A DNA stretch of 54,826 bases, filler included, from Thelocarpon superellum (lineage: Eukaryota): assembly GCA_026025795.1 (NCBI GenBank). It is 2 parts of 2 records of this genome, joined end to end, with 100 filler letters (N's around TTAATTAATTAA, not from the genome) between each part and the next. Parts side by side here need not be neighbours in the genome. Positions count along the whole stretch, not along the records: positions 1 to 27,385 come from JAPEUG010000247.1; 1 more part is not named here. One strand, given 5' to 3'. The notes beneath the pieces are model-generated. The model worked only from the letters and a program-made list of their open reading frames with translations, was not told the DNA's origin and made no database searches. This document shows positions 1 through 12,896 of this stretch, in pieces. Position 1 is the stretch's first letter. Each line of letters begins with the position of its first letter. Position numbers and translations under genes: made by a program.

Positions 1-644
1 ATTGAGGCGCAAACTCTCCCGGCGCACCGCCCTCCTTTCCATCTCGGTCGTCGCGTCTCCGGTACCCGCCCTCGCGGTCGCCACGGTCTCCGCCACGACC
101 TCCACGTCCTCCACCCCGTCGCTCATCATCACCGCCCATCATGCCCCGCGGTGGGGCGTGCGATCGCTGCTGTTTGATGTGCGTGGCCGGCACAATCTCC
201 GCGGGCAGATGGAGCCATTCGCGCAGATAATCCAGCCCCTCGGGCGTCAAGGTGTAGTAGTACCATTGCCAGGAGAATTGCGTCTTCAGAAAGCCGCGCG
301 ACGTGAGGGACTGGCATGCTTTGACGACCTGATGGGGGATTGGGGGTTAGCGGGGTGCGTGTGGATTGCGGGGGTGGTGTCCAGTGTGGATTTCACGTAC
401 GAAGAGGTTCTTGGTGTCGATTTCATGGTGCTTGGGGAGGTTGAAGTCTTTCTTAGCCACGAGTACGCCCTCTGTCATTCCTTGCCGTCAGTCGCTGTGA
501 TGATAGACATCGAACCGGGACTCTCTCACCCCGGAAGAGGTACTCGTGGATTTTCTTGCGATCAGCCTTTGGGATGAGCCTGGGTGAGAGGTCAGCATTC
601 TTTGATACCCGCTATCTGCCATGCCCGTCGGTCTTCACGTACAT
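1..644 (-). CDS. RPS10: 40S ribosomal protein S10 (eS10); multi-exon, 3' end runs off the window
   Basis: Manual splicing gives [32 protein letters not shown]...[33 protein letters not shown] and an RGG-rich tail. Three GT-AG introns; the first (642-580) splits the ATG. Confidence 0.95.
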
Positions 645-953
645 CTTGGCGCTTATCCGTGGCAAGCTGAGCGAGGGTTCCGATGGAAGGTCAATCTTGG
701 AGATCCCACTCGCTCACATGGAATAGACGGTGTTCTTGTGTGCGGTCACGAACCCTAGATCGCTCGCTTAGCCGGATAGGACAAGCGCGGGTGGGGCCCA
801 ACGTGAAATTTCTGGGTCGGTGGGCCACGCTGAGTCATCGTCATCAACCACTCTTCTGTGACTTCGATCGCCTCAACCATCATCCTCTTCCGTTGCATCT
901 ACGCAGGTCGCGGTCTACTCTACACTCCACGCTTTCCACAGCCGACCGCCACG

Positions 954-1847
954 ATGGCGCATACCATCAATGTGCTCCTCACCTCCTTCCCTGGTCTCAA
1001 CATTCCGTCTACTCTCTCTCTCCAGACGTCGACAACCTCGTCAATCTCTGATCTCACTTCACAAATCTCCGAGCGCCTTCCTGCTGTCGATCAGCGCCTG
1101 ATCATTACCACCACCTCCAACAAGCAACTGCTCCCCTCCTCCACCGCCCCGGTCTCCTCCCTTCTCTCCGACAATGACGATGCCTTTCTGCCCCTCCGCT
1201 TGTCCGTCCCGCTGTGCGGTGGCAAGGGTGGTTTCGGCTCGCAGCTCCGTGCCGCAGGTGGTCGCATGTCATCCAAGCGGAAGAAGAATCAAGGTGAGAA
1301 CAACGGCTCCAATCGAAATCTGGACGGTCGACGACTACGGACGGTCACGGAGGCCAAGGCGCTAGCGGAATACCTCGCGATGAAACCGGAGATGGAACGA
1401 AAGCAAAAGGACGAGCGGCGAAAGCGATGGCAAGAGGTCGTGGAGGCGGCAGAGAGACGGGAGGAAGAGATGAAGTCTGGGTCCAAGGCCAAGCTTGATG
1501 CACGATGGGTCGAGGATAAGGAGGAGGCGGGAGAGCGGACGAGGGACGCGGTCTTGGCGGCCATGCAGTCGGGCGACTACAAGGACACTTTGCTGTCAAC
1601 TTCCAGCGGCAGCTCATCTCATCAGCCACGGGACCAGGGAAGTGAGGGCGACGAAGCGGGACCGTCCGGATCCAGCTCGAAAGCCACGACGCCACCGTCG
1701 GCTGGCAAACCGGAGTCTTCATCCGGCCCAACCTTCTTTGGTTTCGACGACGACGATGAATTCATGAGTGATGACGACGAGGACGAGGAAGACGACGGCC
1801 ACGAAACACTGGCCGGCGACAAGGGCAAAGGCACAGCTCGTGCATGA
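954..1847 (+). CDS. SDE2: Sde2 ubiquitin-fold precursor (splicing / genome-stability factor)
   Basis: N-terminal ubiquitin-like region, then the [19 protein letters not shown] cleavage motif and [10 protein letters not shown]; acidic tail. ATG at 954. Confidence 0.93.
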   Translation: MAHTINVLLTSFPGLNIPSTLSLQTSTTSSISDLTSQISERLPAVDQRLIITTTSNKQLLPSSTAPVSSLLSDNDDAFLPLRLSVPLCGGKGGFGSQLRAAGGRMSSKRKKNQGENNGSNRNLDGRRLRTVTEAKALAEYLAMKPEMERKQKDERRKRWQEVVEAAERREEEMKSGSKAKLDARWVEDKEEAGERTRDAVLAAMQSGDYKDTLLSTSSGSSSHQPRDQGSEGDEAGPSGSSSKATTPPSAGKPESSSGPTFFGFDDDDEFMSDDDEDEEDDGHETLAGDKGKGTARA

Positions 1848-2189
1848 AGGCCTCTTCCGATCATTGGCAATACCAGGAGTTTGGAGGTCCATCGGTCCTG
1901 GAGGAGCAAGGAGCGTCTGGGTCATTCGTAGGGTTAGCTGTACGACTGATGTCATACATACACGGAGGCTCATTGACCCCTCGCCGTGTAATCTAACCAT
2001 TCAAGTACTATGTTTTGCATTGCCCGTGACTGTAAACAGAGAAAGACCTTCTCCTTACTTCGGCAAGGAATAGGAGTGAAGGTCCAAGCTACGGCGGGGA
2101 GAATTGCCAATAACGCAACTTTGAAGATACCTCAAGCTTGCTCCTCTCAGTGAAGCAGTGATTCCTTTCTTCGCTCGAGGCTCCCCACG

Positions 2190-4196
2190 ATGTCATGTCA
2201 AAGGGGACGGATTCTCCGTACGCTCAAGCACGAGTCTACCACGACAAAATTTTCACTTCCACTCTTTCTCTGTCCGGCGCTGTCGAAACCAGCTCTTCCT
2301 CCGCGGACTCGCCGACACCATAGCTCAACCTGGCTGCCACGGACGGTATGGCATCAGCGTCGGAACACGCATACAGGCATTTGGGCCGCCAGATCAGATA
2401 CGTCCTCAGCTCTGAATCAGCCCATGGTCGCACTACCCGCCTCCTGTCCTGGCTGCGGTGCTCTCACGCAAGATGTCGATCGAACCGAAGCAGGCTTTTT
2501 TTCGGCCAGTCGAAATGCAGTCAAGGCCTTTATCAAGGCGAGAACGACATCCAAAGCTCCGGATAGATTGATCACCTCTGGTGATGAGACGGTACTGGAC
2601 GAGAAGTCCCTTCCTGAGCTTAGTACGTGCCAGGTCCAGGAGTGATCGACCTGATATTGATATATTCTAGCCCGGATAAATCATAGCGAAACGGAACAGC
2701 CTGTCTGTGACCGCTGCCACCAGCTCGTCCACCATAACACCGGGAGGTCAATCCTACATCCGTCCATTGAGAGTATCAAAGACACCATCGCCGAATCACC
2801 CTACAAATACAACCATGTCTACCACGTTGTCGATGCAGCCGACTTTCCGCTATCCTTGATACCCCACCTTCATCAATACCTCTCCCTGACTCGCCAGCGG
2901 TCTCACAATCGACGGTCTAAGACGGGCAGGTTTTACGGCGACAAGAGAACGGAAGCGAGCTTCATCATCACGCGGTCCGACCTGTTGGCCCCACAGAAGC
3001 TGCAGGTCGACTCAATGATGCCGTATCTGGTGCAAGTCTTGCGAGATGCTCTTGGTCCGGCGGGACAGGATGTGCGACTGGGAAATGTGAGCTGTGTCAG
3101 CTCCAGACGGGGATGGTGGACACAGGATCTCAAAGAACAGGTTTGGACTCGGGGAGGGGGAGGGTGGATGGTGGGGAAGGTCAATGTTGGCAAGAGCAGG
3201 CTGTTCGAGAGCATATATCCCAAGGGCCGGAATCAGCACGTGGGGTTTGAGAGCCTCAGAGTGGCCGCGGGTCGCGGTACAGTTGGGTCGGACGAGGCAG
3301 ATGATCTCGAGGTGCAGAGGTTCGCCCAAACGAGTCTTGCGTCCGGCACCGACACAGATCCCAAGGGTCAAAGTGACGCATTCGACGAAACATCACTGCT
3401 CCCGCCTTCGCCGTCGGAGGTAGCCTATCCGGTGATGCCCATCGTGTCACCCCTCCCCGGCACGACAGCCTCACCCATCCGATTACCCTTTGGAGATGGC
3501 AAGGGCGAGCTTATCGATCTACCGGGCCTGAGCCGGGGCGACCTTGACACGTACGTGCGCCCGGAGCATCGGCTAGACCTCGTCATGTGCAAACGGCTCA
3601 AACCGGCACAGCATGTGTTGAAGCCAGGTCAATCGCTACTCCTCGGAGGTCTCATCCGGATCACCCCCACTACGCCGGACATGATCGTCATGGCATACCC
3701 TTTTGTGCCTTTGGACGCACATGTTACATCGACGACAAAGGCAAGGGAGATTCAACGTCAAGAAAGGGATTCCGGGGTGTCAACGATTGTCCGCCCCGGG
3801 GTGGGCGAGACCATGAACAGTGCCGGAGTCTTTGAGCTCCGCTGGGATGTGACCAAGCAGCGATCCGGACCTCTGACGCGATCTGACGCGGCTGGGTTGA
3901 AGGCCGATCGGCTCCCGTATTGCGTGCTCTCCACCGATATCTTGGTCGAGGGAGTGGGCTGGGTGGAGCTGGTGGCCCAGGTGCGAAGGAAGATGTCTCA
4001 GGGGGAATCACAGAGATATCCCGCGGTCGAGGTCTTCAGTCCGGACGGGGAGTACATCGGACAGCGACGTCCGATGAACGCATGGTTGTACTCGGCAGAG
4101 GGGCCGCGGTCATCCGAGAAGAAGAGCAGGCCGAGACCAAGCATGAAGGGGAGGAAGAAGGGCATGAAGGGTGCGAAAAGGATGCCGGAAATCTGA
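2190..4196 (+). CDS. GEP3: Mitochondrial YqeH-like circularly permuted GTPase (Gep3/Mtg3-like)
   Basis: CPGCG...CDRCH zinc knuckle across intron 2623-2670, VVDAADFP, G1 GKVNVGKS, PGTT, G3 DLPG; basic N-terminal presequence. Confidence 0.85.
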
Positions 4197-4502
4197 CCAG
4201 AGAGCACCGTAGGATACTACATCCCTCTTCCTTTCTTGCTGTCTGGAAGTCCTTCCGGGTTCTCTCATCTTCTCCGGCACGAGACCATGGAATGTGTTCG
4301 GTCCGTGTCCGTTCCGTATCCTCCGTAGCAAACGCTTGTCCCGGTCTTTCGTTCAACCCCACGGACACAACTCGCTTACCTAAGCAAACCTCGGACCAAG
4401 CGACCTCAACTCTCATAGCTCACTCACCCTCCTGACGTGGAGGTATCCCAAACTTTCACACGGCCCTGGGAGGAATTGGTGTCGTGGCACTCAGTTGCCA
4501 GA

Positions 4503-5513
4503 ATGGTCGCCATCTCAAAGAGAATGGCGAATCTGAAGAGTGTATGTACATCTGCATCCCACCATCGCCGTCTCCAAGCTTGCGAGTCTCACTGACACGG
4601 GGTGGTTTCTAGAGAGTATGTCTCCCCACTCCCCACCTACCCACGTTGCTCCTCGTGCCCTCATGTCGATCCAGGAAGGATGAGCCTTGTCCACCTTGGC
4701 CATGGAACCTCCTACCATCTCGTCATCTGCCCATCCGCAAGAACCAAGCTAAGAGGTGATCTCCTACAGCTCCTGAGTGTACGAGTTGGCCCCGGCGCCG
4801 CCGTCTTCTCGCCCGAAGTCAGTCGGATCCACATGGAATTCGCGACGAAGATTCGCGATGGGCATATGGGACCTCGGTGAGTGCATTCCACTCTTGCGTT
4901 GACCTTGCCTCTACCGCTCCCACCACGGCTTCCTCCGCAGTAGGACCGCGATCGAGTACTGTTGACATGGGCTACATCATGCAAGCTTGTACTGAGACGA
5001 CCTTCCAGGAAATTCTGGCGCCTGTACCTACCCAGCTTGAAGTATCACAATCCCGCCGTGCCAATGACCGTGACGCGAAACACGGAGCAAGAGGGACCGG
5101 CGACGATGACGGTGTTTTTCAGAAGGGGGCTAGCTGCGACGACGGCCACATCATCACCCTCGTCCACCTTCTCTTCAACACCGGCGCCCGCCTCCGCTTC
5201 AGCATCAACATCCCACTCCTCTTCCACTCCACCACCACCATCATCGTCATCATCCTCCTCCTCCACAAGCGAAGCAGGAGCAAAAGAAATCAAGATAGAA
5301 ATGAAGCACGCGAATTCATCCACGATTCTCTCGCAACTGCTCGAGATCACCAACGCCACGCGCATATACCCGACGCCGGAGGAGGAGGCGGAGGTCGCGG
5401 CCCTAGAGGATAGGAGAAGATTAGCGGACCGGGATCGAAAGGCGGCTGATCTGCGCAAGGAGAGGGAAAAGCGCGAGAAGGACGTGCTGGGGCTGGCTAG
5501 ACTTGCTTCTTGA
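4503..5513 (+). CDS. MRP49: Mitochondrial large-subunit ribosomal protein Mrp49/mL61 (L51/S25/CI-B8 fold)
   Basis: Exons 4503-4541, 4613-4615, 4770-4876 and ~5009-5513 give MVAISKRMANLKS-R-LLSVRVGPGAAVF...GHMGPRKFWRLYLPSLKYHNPAVPM. Confidence 0.82.
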
Positions 5514-5666
5514 TCCGTCCTTCTCCACTACGGCGCATCCTCCACGCGAAAGATGGTGCTTGTATGCATGTTGTATAGATGTAGGGTAAGCAGCTCGAAT
5601 GTGAAATACATGGCACTCCCAAGCCAACATATCACTCCGAGCAGCGACGCAAAGTGAGTCTTCTCA

Positions 5667-6797
5667 CTACCACCTAGACGCATTCCACCACGCGCCAACG
5701 CCCAAGACAAAAACGAGCAACATGGCATCAGCCATGACGGTCGAGTAGATGACTGCATACCGGCTCGCCACCTCGACCCAAGCGCGATAAGGCGGCGGAA
5801 TAAGCGGGAGGACGGTGTTCAGCATGGCGGAGGGCGGCGACGCCGTGGAGGGCAACAGCCGGCTCTTCTCGATGAAGAAGCGCGCGCTCTGCAGCACGAG
5901 CTCCATCGTCGTGAAGCCCAGGAACGGGTTGGTCGCGATGGAGCTTGCCAGCGTGTTCAGGATCGCGAGGGGAGAGGTGGGCGAGACCAGGGACGGCGTG
6001 TATGTGATCGTTGGGGCGTTGCGCTGGCTCAGGCTGCCCGAGAAGTGGATGCTGGTGATGGCGACCAGACCGAGAGTGAGCGCGCACACGGCGTGGATGA
6101 TGCGCCAGACGTAGCTGTTGTCTGGCCCGCTCTGTGCCTGTGATACGCCGCCGCCGGCCTGGGCGAGGAATTCTGCCAGGCCAGGTGGTGCGCCGCTCCC
6201 ACCGAGTCCACCATCCGCGCCTCCCGCTCCTTCTCCTCCCATCATTTGCTGCATCAGTTGCATCATTGGGTCGCCGGCTCCGGGCGGCCGCGGCGCTTGT
6301 CCAGGCATGGGCGCCGTCCCACCCGCCGATCCAGGAAAGACACCGGTGCTTGCTTGTGGGGGCGGCGGCGTATCGTACGAGAGCATCAGCCGGCGGAGAT
6401 CCTCTTCGGACATGCCAGGGTGATCGGGCCTGCTGCTGCGGCTGAATGGGGGCTGGCCAGGCCGGTAAAAATGCTGACTTATGTCTACTTCGTCTGGGTC
6501 CGGAGTCGACGTGTCGGTCGCTGATGCGGTGGGCCCAGGAACGGTGGATGATGGCGCCGGGACGGCTGCTGGAGGCCTGGTCAGCTCTCAGTCACTGCCG
6601 ACACATTTTCCGTCCGAAGTCGCCTGAGATGGCATACCAGGCTCTGCAGGTCGTCCGCTCAAAGCTGAAATCTTGCTCAGCCGACCTGAACCGCCCGCGC
6701 GGATCTTGGCTTCTCGTCGTTCCTTGCGCAGGCGTGCTTGTTCATTCACTGAGCTGGGAGTCGCCGTGTCTGACGACGGGGGAATGGATGTGTCCAT
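5667..6797 (-). CDS. GET2: GET complex subunit Get2 (tail-anchored protein insertase)
   Basis: N-terminal EQARLRKERREAKIRAGGSGRLSKI, DPDEVDISQHFY, and C-terminal hydrophobic helices; one intron near 6580-6634. Confidence 0.82.
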
Positions 6798-7292
6798 CGA
6801 GATCTGCGGGGGGCAGCTTCACGCTTCTCCAGATCTAAAGTATCGATGCATGAACCATTCCTACGATCCACTGCACTTGGAGGCTCTAGGTGATGTGTAA
6901 TGGAGTTTGTCGCTGGCGGATCACAGGCAGGTCAGGTCATGGAACGAATTCGAGCTCCAAGCTCAACATCGGGAGAGGATACTTTGGTAGATGCGGTCCA
7001 CCGTATCTCCGAGTGCAGATCGTTGACTGCTGACATTGTCAAGACTCCGAGGCAATTCAATCAAGTCATCAAGCAAGTGACTGGACCAACTTGAAATATT
7101 TCAACCTGTCATATCGTCCTGGTATCATCTGAGTATATCCAGACATGTAGCCCTCTTGGTACAATGCGTGCAGCCTCCGCCGTCTCCATTGGTAAGTAGC
7201 ACAAGGTTTGAGACAACGACGGATCGTGGTAGAGCCGCTCGCTCGCCAAGGATCGAGATGAGGTAACGTAAATCCTCCACCTTGACACTGGC

Positions 7293-7319
7293 CTGCTCCT
7301 GCTCCTGCTCCTGCTCCTC
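7293..7319. repeat. (CTGCTC)4 hexamer microsatellite
   Basis: Seen directly in intergenic sequence. Confidence 0.8.
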
Positions 7320-8144
7320 CCCCGCGGGAATAACCACGCGTGTGCTCGCCCAGGGTCCATGGCACCCATGAGGACGAAGAGTCGTGTTCGATAATTGGCT
7401 CAGTCGGGCCAGACTCGCTGTCACACTTCGCACCATACATGGATCTTACCCCACCACACCACCCCGCATCCACGCGCATCCACAGGCAAGGGTCTTCCCC
7501 GCAGCCGCGAGATTACATCGTCATGCGCTGTCCAATGCCCCACGCATAGTATCTGCCATACAGGAAAATCCGTTGACGCGCCGAGTCAGCACAGTGCCTG
7601 GACGTGACCTTGCAACTACTCGAGCATCCCGCTTCTTTCTCTTACCAACGCCACGGAACGAGCCTTCTGCTGCCGTGGCGTGGCCTGTCGTGGCCTGTCA
7701 TAGCGCGCGTGTCATGGACTCTCGTGTACTGTCTCGGTCGTCTCCCGTGACACCTGGGTGGATCCGTGTCTCTCGCGTCCTTCATGCTAGGGCCCGATGG
7801 ATTGCGGGGAAAAGGAGTGTTGGTCTTATTGCTCGTCCGTTCTCGGACAAGTCGGCGGCTCGCCTGTAGTCATCCTCGCCGCGCTTCGACTTCCGTCCTT
7901 GTCTTGCCCTCGCGCACGTGGGACGTCTCTCTGGAATAGCTGGAGGCTCCATGGGGTCTGAGTACATAATAGTGGCGGACGCCCGCGACTATACAGCGTG
8001 TCTTTTCTGTCTCCTCTTCTTCGCGCCTCATTGAAGAGTTGTACCTGTATCATACTTGACTATATCCGTCGCTTCTCACCGAGGAATTGCCGTCCCTTCG
8101 TCCCACGTCAACCCTTCCTCGCATTTATCGCCGCAACAGACACG

Positions 8145-8462
8145 ATGCAACTCCCGCAATTCGCCCGCGCGATGCTGATTCTCCTGGCCACCACCGTCAC
8201 CGTCGCCGTGGCAAGTCCAGTCCCAGCGCCGGATCCAGCACCCCAGGCCCCCGGGATGTGGCTTGGTGACTTGGCGGCGGCCGGTGACCTTTCCAACACT
8301 CCTACCAAGAGTATGTCTGATGCGTGGAGCCTATCTTCCCGTCCGTTGCTGCGATTGAGTTGGAACTGTTCTGTCTCTCGCTCCCTTGGTCGACCCTCTC
8401 TCATGCCTTCCCTCGCTCTGTGGCAAGCGCTGATGTTAGAACCTATTCCTTTAGACTCCTGA
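8145..8462 (+). CDS. Small secreted peptide precursor (~57-62 aa if spliced)
   Basis: Signal peptide MQLPQFARAMLILLATTVTVAVA, then SPVPAPDPAPQAP-GMW. GTATGT donor at 8311, GCTGAT branch point, TAG acceptors ending at 8439 or 8454; stop TGA at 8460-8462. Confidence 0.6.
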   Translation: MQLPQFARAMLILLATTVTVAVASPVPAPDPAPQAPGMWLGDLAAAGDLSNTPTKSMSDAWSLSSRPLLRLSWNCSVSRSLGRPSLMPSLALWQALMLEPIPLDS

Positions 8463-8761
8463 ATTGAAGCAAAGACGAGGGACGAGAGAGGAGGACGGTG
8501 CCGGAGGGCGGGGATGAGCGGACAAAGTTTTGGAATAGATTGGGTTTCACTTGAATACTTTCCGAGAAACTTTTTCTGGCATCATGTTCTTCGCTCGTAT
8601 CGCTTTCAGTTTGAAGACTACGGATGGTGGGGGAGAAAATCAACATCTCGACATGGTTGATGCTATCTATACGTCCCTGCTACACTCTGACCGCCAGCTT
8701 GTCTGATGAAGGCATTCAGCAATGTGATCTGGGATACTGTACGCAGAAGATATGGCCGAGA

Positions 8762-11700
8762 CTACGGCGTCGCTCGGCTCATGGCAATCAATCGCTTGAC
8801 ACCAACCTAGTGCACTCGTCAGTTCCCAGATTCAATCGTCTCGTCCAAGGCCAACGCACCATCCACTGGCCGCATTGGTCCAGCTTGTTGGTAAGAATGT
8901 CAAGATGGATCGCTTGCGCCGTGTCGTAGTCGCGGTTGCGGAGTGATTGTGCCAGCTCATCCATACTCTCCACCGTATCTGGTTTGAGCAACTCCTCGTT
9001 GTTCAGGTGGTCGAAGAGCATGTTGAGCCGCTTCTCTGTATTTTGCACCTGGGCCTTGAAGGACGCCTGGGTCGCCTGATCAGCGCTCCGGCTTGGTCGC
9101 GCCAACGGATTCAACACTCACTGGTGCCTTGGCGCTCACGCGTTGCATGTCTGCCTGGAGAATCTCATAGATGGCCCGCGCGTGGTCGGGGATGTGCGAC
9201 CGATCTCCCGGCGCTGGCAGGAGTTAGATCGGGGGGGTAATTGGAGCCCGTATGACTTACGATATTTGGGAGCAGCAGGAGCGGGCACCGAGGAACGTGC
9301 ATTCTGTGACGACGGCGCACCGCCCGGTGGGCCGGGTGATGGTCCTTGTGGAGGACCTGGTGGCCCCGGCGGACCTTGGGACATCATCTGGTGTTGCTGT
9401 GCGACGGCCGACGAAGGGGGGGCATAGGAACTAGGCACGCCTTGTCGGGGAGGAACACCTCCGACCCCACCTTGATATGGGTTATACTGGTTAGGGGGAG
9501 GCCCACTCAGGAAATTGGCGCCTGGATGATCGGACTGTGGCGACGTCTGCGACACTGGACTTGGTGCGTAACGATTGGATGGGGGAGCACTAGAGGGTGG
9601 CGGGTTGTACGGCGACGGCCCACGTGGACCCGTTGGTGGCGAGGTCGTCGTCGCAATAGGGCCCGGCGGCGGCGCGTAGGCATTCGTCACGGCGGATGGC
9701 GGACGCTCGACCTGGGGAGGCGGCTGCATGGGTGGTGCGCCAAACGATGGTGGAGGCCCGCTGGAGCTTTTGGGAGGTGGTGCCAGCGGGGGTGTGGAAC
9801 GTGCTTGGACACCAGATGGTGGCCCGGTTGGGGGACCTTGCGGGACCACATTGGGTTGGTTAGGAAATGGGGACATCACGGGTGCAGGTGCCGCGCCAGG
9901 CGTGCCCCGTCGCGATGTGGGAGGCTTGGTGACCATCGGCGTGTCGTTCCAGTTGCTCATGTTCGCGGCACGAGAAGGAGGAGGGACGGATGGGGGCGTG
10001 TTGATGTTGCGTGGTGGCCCGCCAACCGTCTGACCCGACGCATAGCCGGCAAATGAGGGCGGTGGCGGCGCCCCCATGGTGGGTCGTTGTGGCTGCGCCT
10101 GCGGATATCCTGGCTGGTAGCCACTCGGTTGGTAACCTGGCATGTTCGACGGTGCGTATGGATTGGACGCCTGTGTCGGCCCCGCCGGGGTGAACGTATC
10201 GCCGCCTGGTGTGGGCGCACTAGGGTAGCCTGGCTGCGGAGGGTGCGATGCACCAACACCCGGTAGCGGCTTGTTGATGATGCGCTGCCCGAAGCCCGCC
10301 TGTCGCGTGGCCGTTTGAGGTGCGGCGCGCTTCGATGCTTCCTTGACCCGATTGCGGGCCACCTCGGCGGCGGCGTACTGAGCCGGGAGCAGATCCAAGT
10401 ACTTCTCCGCAGTATCCAGGTGGCCGTGCGCCGCGACGACGTCGGCGTACTCGTTGTATTTGTCGTATAAGGCCGCTAGCTTCCATCCGGAACTCTTGCT
10501 CTGGTCTAGATCTCGGTATCGGGTGACCTCCCGGAACACCGTGACCTTTTCGATAAAGTTCTGCAGCGAACGCGCGTGCACGGAGAAGGTGGATTCGGCC
10601 TCGGCACGCTGCAGCCCGGCCGTCTCGCTCTCGTGCAGCTCCTCGATCCAGATGGCCACGACCTTCTCGAGTTGCGATCCGGCTAGATAGCAAAAGCAGG
10701 CATCCTTGCGCAGGGCGGTGTTGCCGCTGTCGTGCTTCATTTCCTCTTCCAAACGATCGCCGAGCGCCTCGCAGAGGTCAGGGAACTCATTCTGGTCGGC
10801 AAAGGTACACAACGTGGCCATGACCTCGCGCCAATTCGACAGATCGGCGTTGTACACGACGTCCCAAAGATTCTTGCCCACGACTGAAGCCAGCAGGCGC
10901 AGGTAATTAGGGCCATTGTCGTTCTTGTTGAAGTATGCCGCTTGCGCTTTGTCGATGCACTTCTGGCCCCCGCAAATGGCAATCATGAATGCATCGGACA
11001 TCCGGTCCTCCCCGAGGCAGACGTCTAGAGCCGCTTCGAACTGCCCAAGCATCAGCGCGCGGGTGATGCGCTTGTCCACGCTGGATTCGGCGCCGGTGTA
11101 GATGTGGAAGGGATTGTTGGTCTTGGCCCCTTTGGTGGCCGACAGATCGGAGAGGAAAGTATCGCCGTCCGCGGGCGTGTCGAAGAAGCCTGATAGATTC
11201 GACCGATGTCCCTTCTTGGTCCCGTTCGGGTGAGTGGCGGACTTGTCCGCGGCCTTGGCGGGACCATCGCTGACCTTCAACTTGGCGATGCCATCCACCG
11301 CTTCGTCGGTGTCGCGAGAGAAGCCCAGGTGATCGACCAACTCTTTCCGTGGGTTGGTGGAGATTAGCGTCTCAATCACCTTCCAGTCCTCTTTCTCCTC
11401 GTCGCTGTCGGCCTTGTCGATCTTGGACTTGCAGATACTCGCAAAATCGCCTTGCTTAAGCGCGCTCTCAAAGGTTTCCGTGGCGGTGCCTACGCCCGAG
11501 TCGATGGCAAAGGTGGAAATTCGTATCTGCGAGCGCCGCGTGCCGCCTGCGGCCAGACCAAAGCTCACGATCTTGCCGCCGAAGCCAAAGGAAGCGCCAA
11601 CCGGTCGTTCCAGCCACTTCGGCGGCTTGGGCAAGGAGAAAGCTGCGCCTTGCGGTTGCGACTGTGCTACATTAAAGAAATCCTCGTCGTTGAGGGGTTG

Positions 11701-12896
11701 TTGCCGCGCCCCTAACGTACGATCTTCGCCAGACTTGGTGTTCTGAATGGTCTGGATGCCTATCTTCCCATCAAAGGAGGCCGTCGCAACCAGATTCGGG
11801 TTGTGTGGATTCCATTGCGTTTGGAAGGTCCAATTGGTCACGATGGGGAACTCGCCGTACGGCTGACCAGTCGATGGGTTCCAGCAGATGGTACGATTGT
11901 CTTTCCCGCAGGACAGGAGCAGGTCGCTGTCTTGTTGACACCACGACAACGAGAGGATGCCTTGATCGTGGGCTTGTAGGGTTCGTTCTGGCGCGTTGGA
12001 GTTTCGCAGATCCCACATCACAATCAACGGACTGGAGTCATCCGACACGGCGGTGACCAACTTCGTCGAGTTCTGCGGGTCCCACGCCACGGCACTGATG
12101 GCCTTGCGACTAACATTTTTGAGGGTCAAGCTCTCCTTCTTCGCCTTGACATCCCACACCGTCACAAATCCGCCACTGCTGCCCGTGGCAAGGATGTGGG
12201 GCACTTTTTTGTTCCAGTCGACGGACTCAAAGTCATCGGCGCGCGCGGCGGACGAGCCCAGACGAAAGGGGTTCGCGACGTTGTTGAGGTCGGAAATGAA
12301 CAGCTGCGCTTTGCTTAGTCTTCACGCCCTGACTTCGAACTGCAGAGGAATCTTACTTCTCCTCGGGCGCCCGCGGTTGCAAGGAGCTCACCGCGAAAGG
12401 GGTTGAATTGTAAAGATTTGATAGCGCCACTGTGCTTGGAGGTCCTCGACATGAGTGGGCCACTGCCAAGTGTCAGTGCATCTGACTGCGTTCGTGGCGG
12501 CGACAGGGGCAGACCTTGCCCCATCCATCAGGGTCTTGGCGTCCCAGAGATCCAATGATCCATTCTCGAGCGCGCCAGCGATGATGCCCATGCCATGGTC
12601 GTTGCTGGCCTTTCCCCAAGCGATATCATAAAATCTAGAAGAGGAATTAGGTTTTTGCATGCGTCTTGCTCGACCAGCGCAGCTGACCTCGAGTCCGTCT
12701 CTACCGTAGCTGCCGGCTGCAATTCCGCACCCACGATAGGATTTTCGAGGCCCAAGTTCCAGAGCTCGAGCTGCACCTCATTGGAGAAATCGTCGTCGAC
12801 GGCTCCTGCCTTGGTGCCGGTAGCTATCCATGGGAGCTCTGCCCCGGGCGACCAGGCAAACGTGGCCGCTCGAGGAATCTCCCGGAGCCGGACCAT
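8762..12896 (-). CDS. SEC31: COPII outer coat protein Sec31
   Basis: [17 protein letters not shown] start, WD40 repeats, [19 protein letters not shown], Pro-rich region, C-terminal [12 protein letters not shown]...[16 protein letters not shown]; six GT-AG introns. Confidence 0.96.

Noticed and set aside
2..577. 191-aa plus-strand ORF
   Set aside because: Antisense shadow of RPS10.
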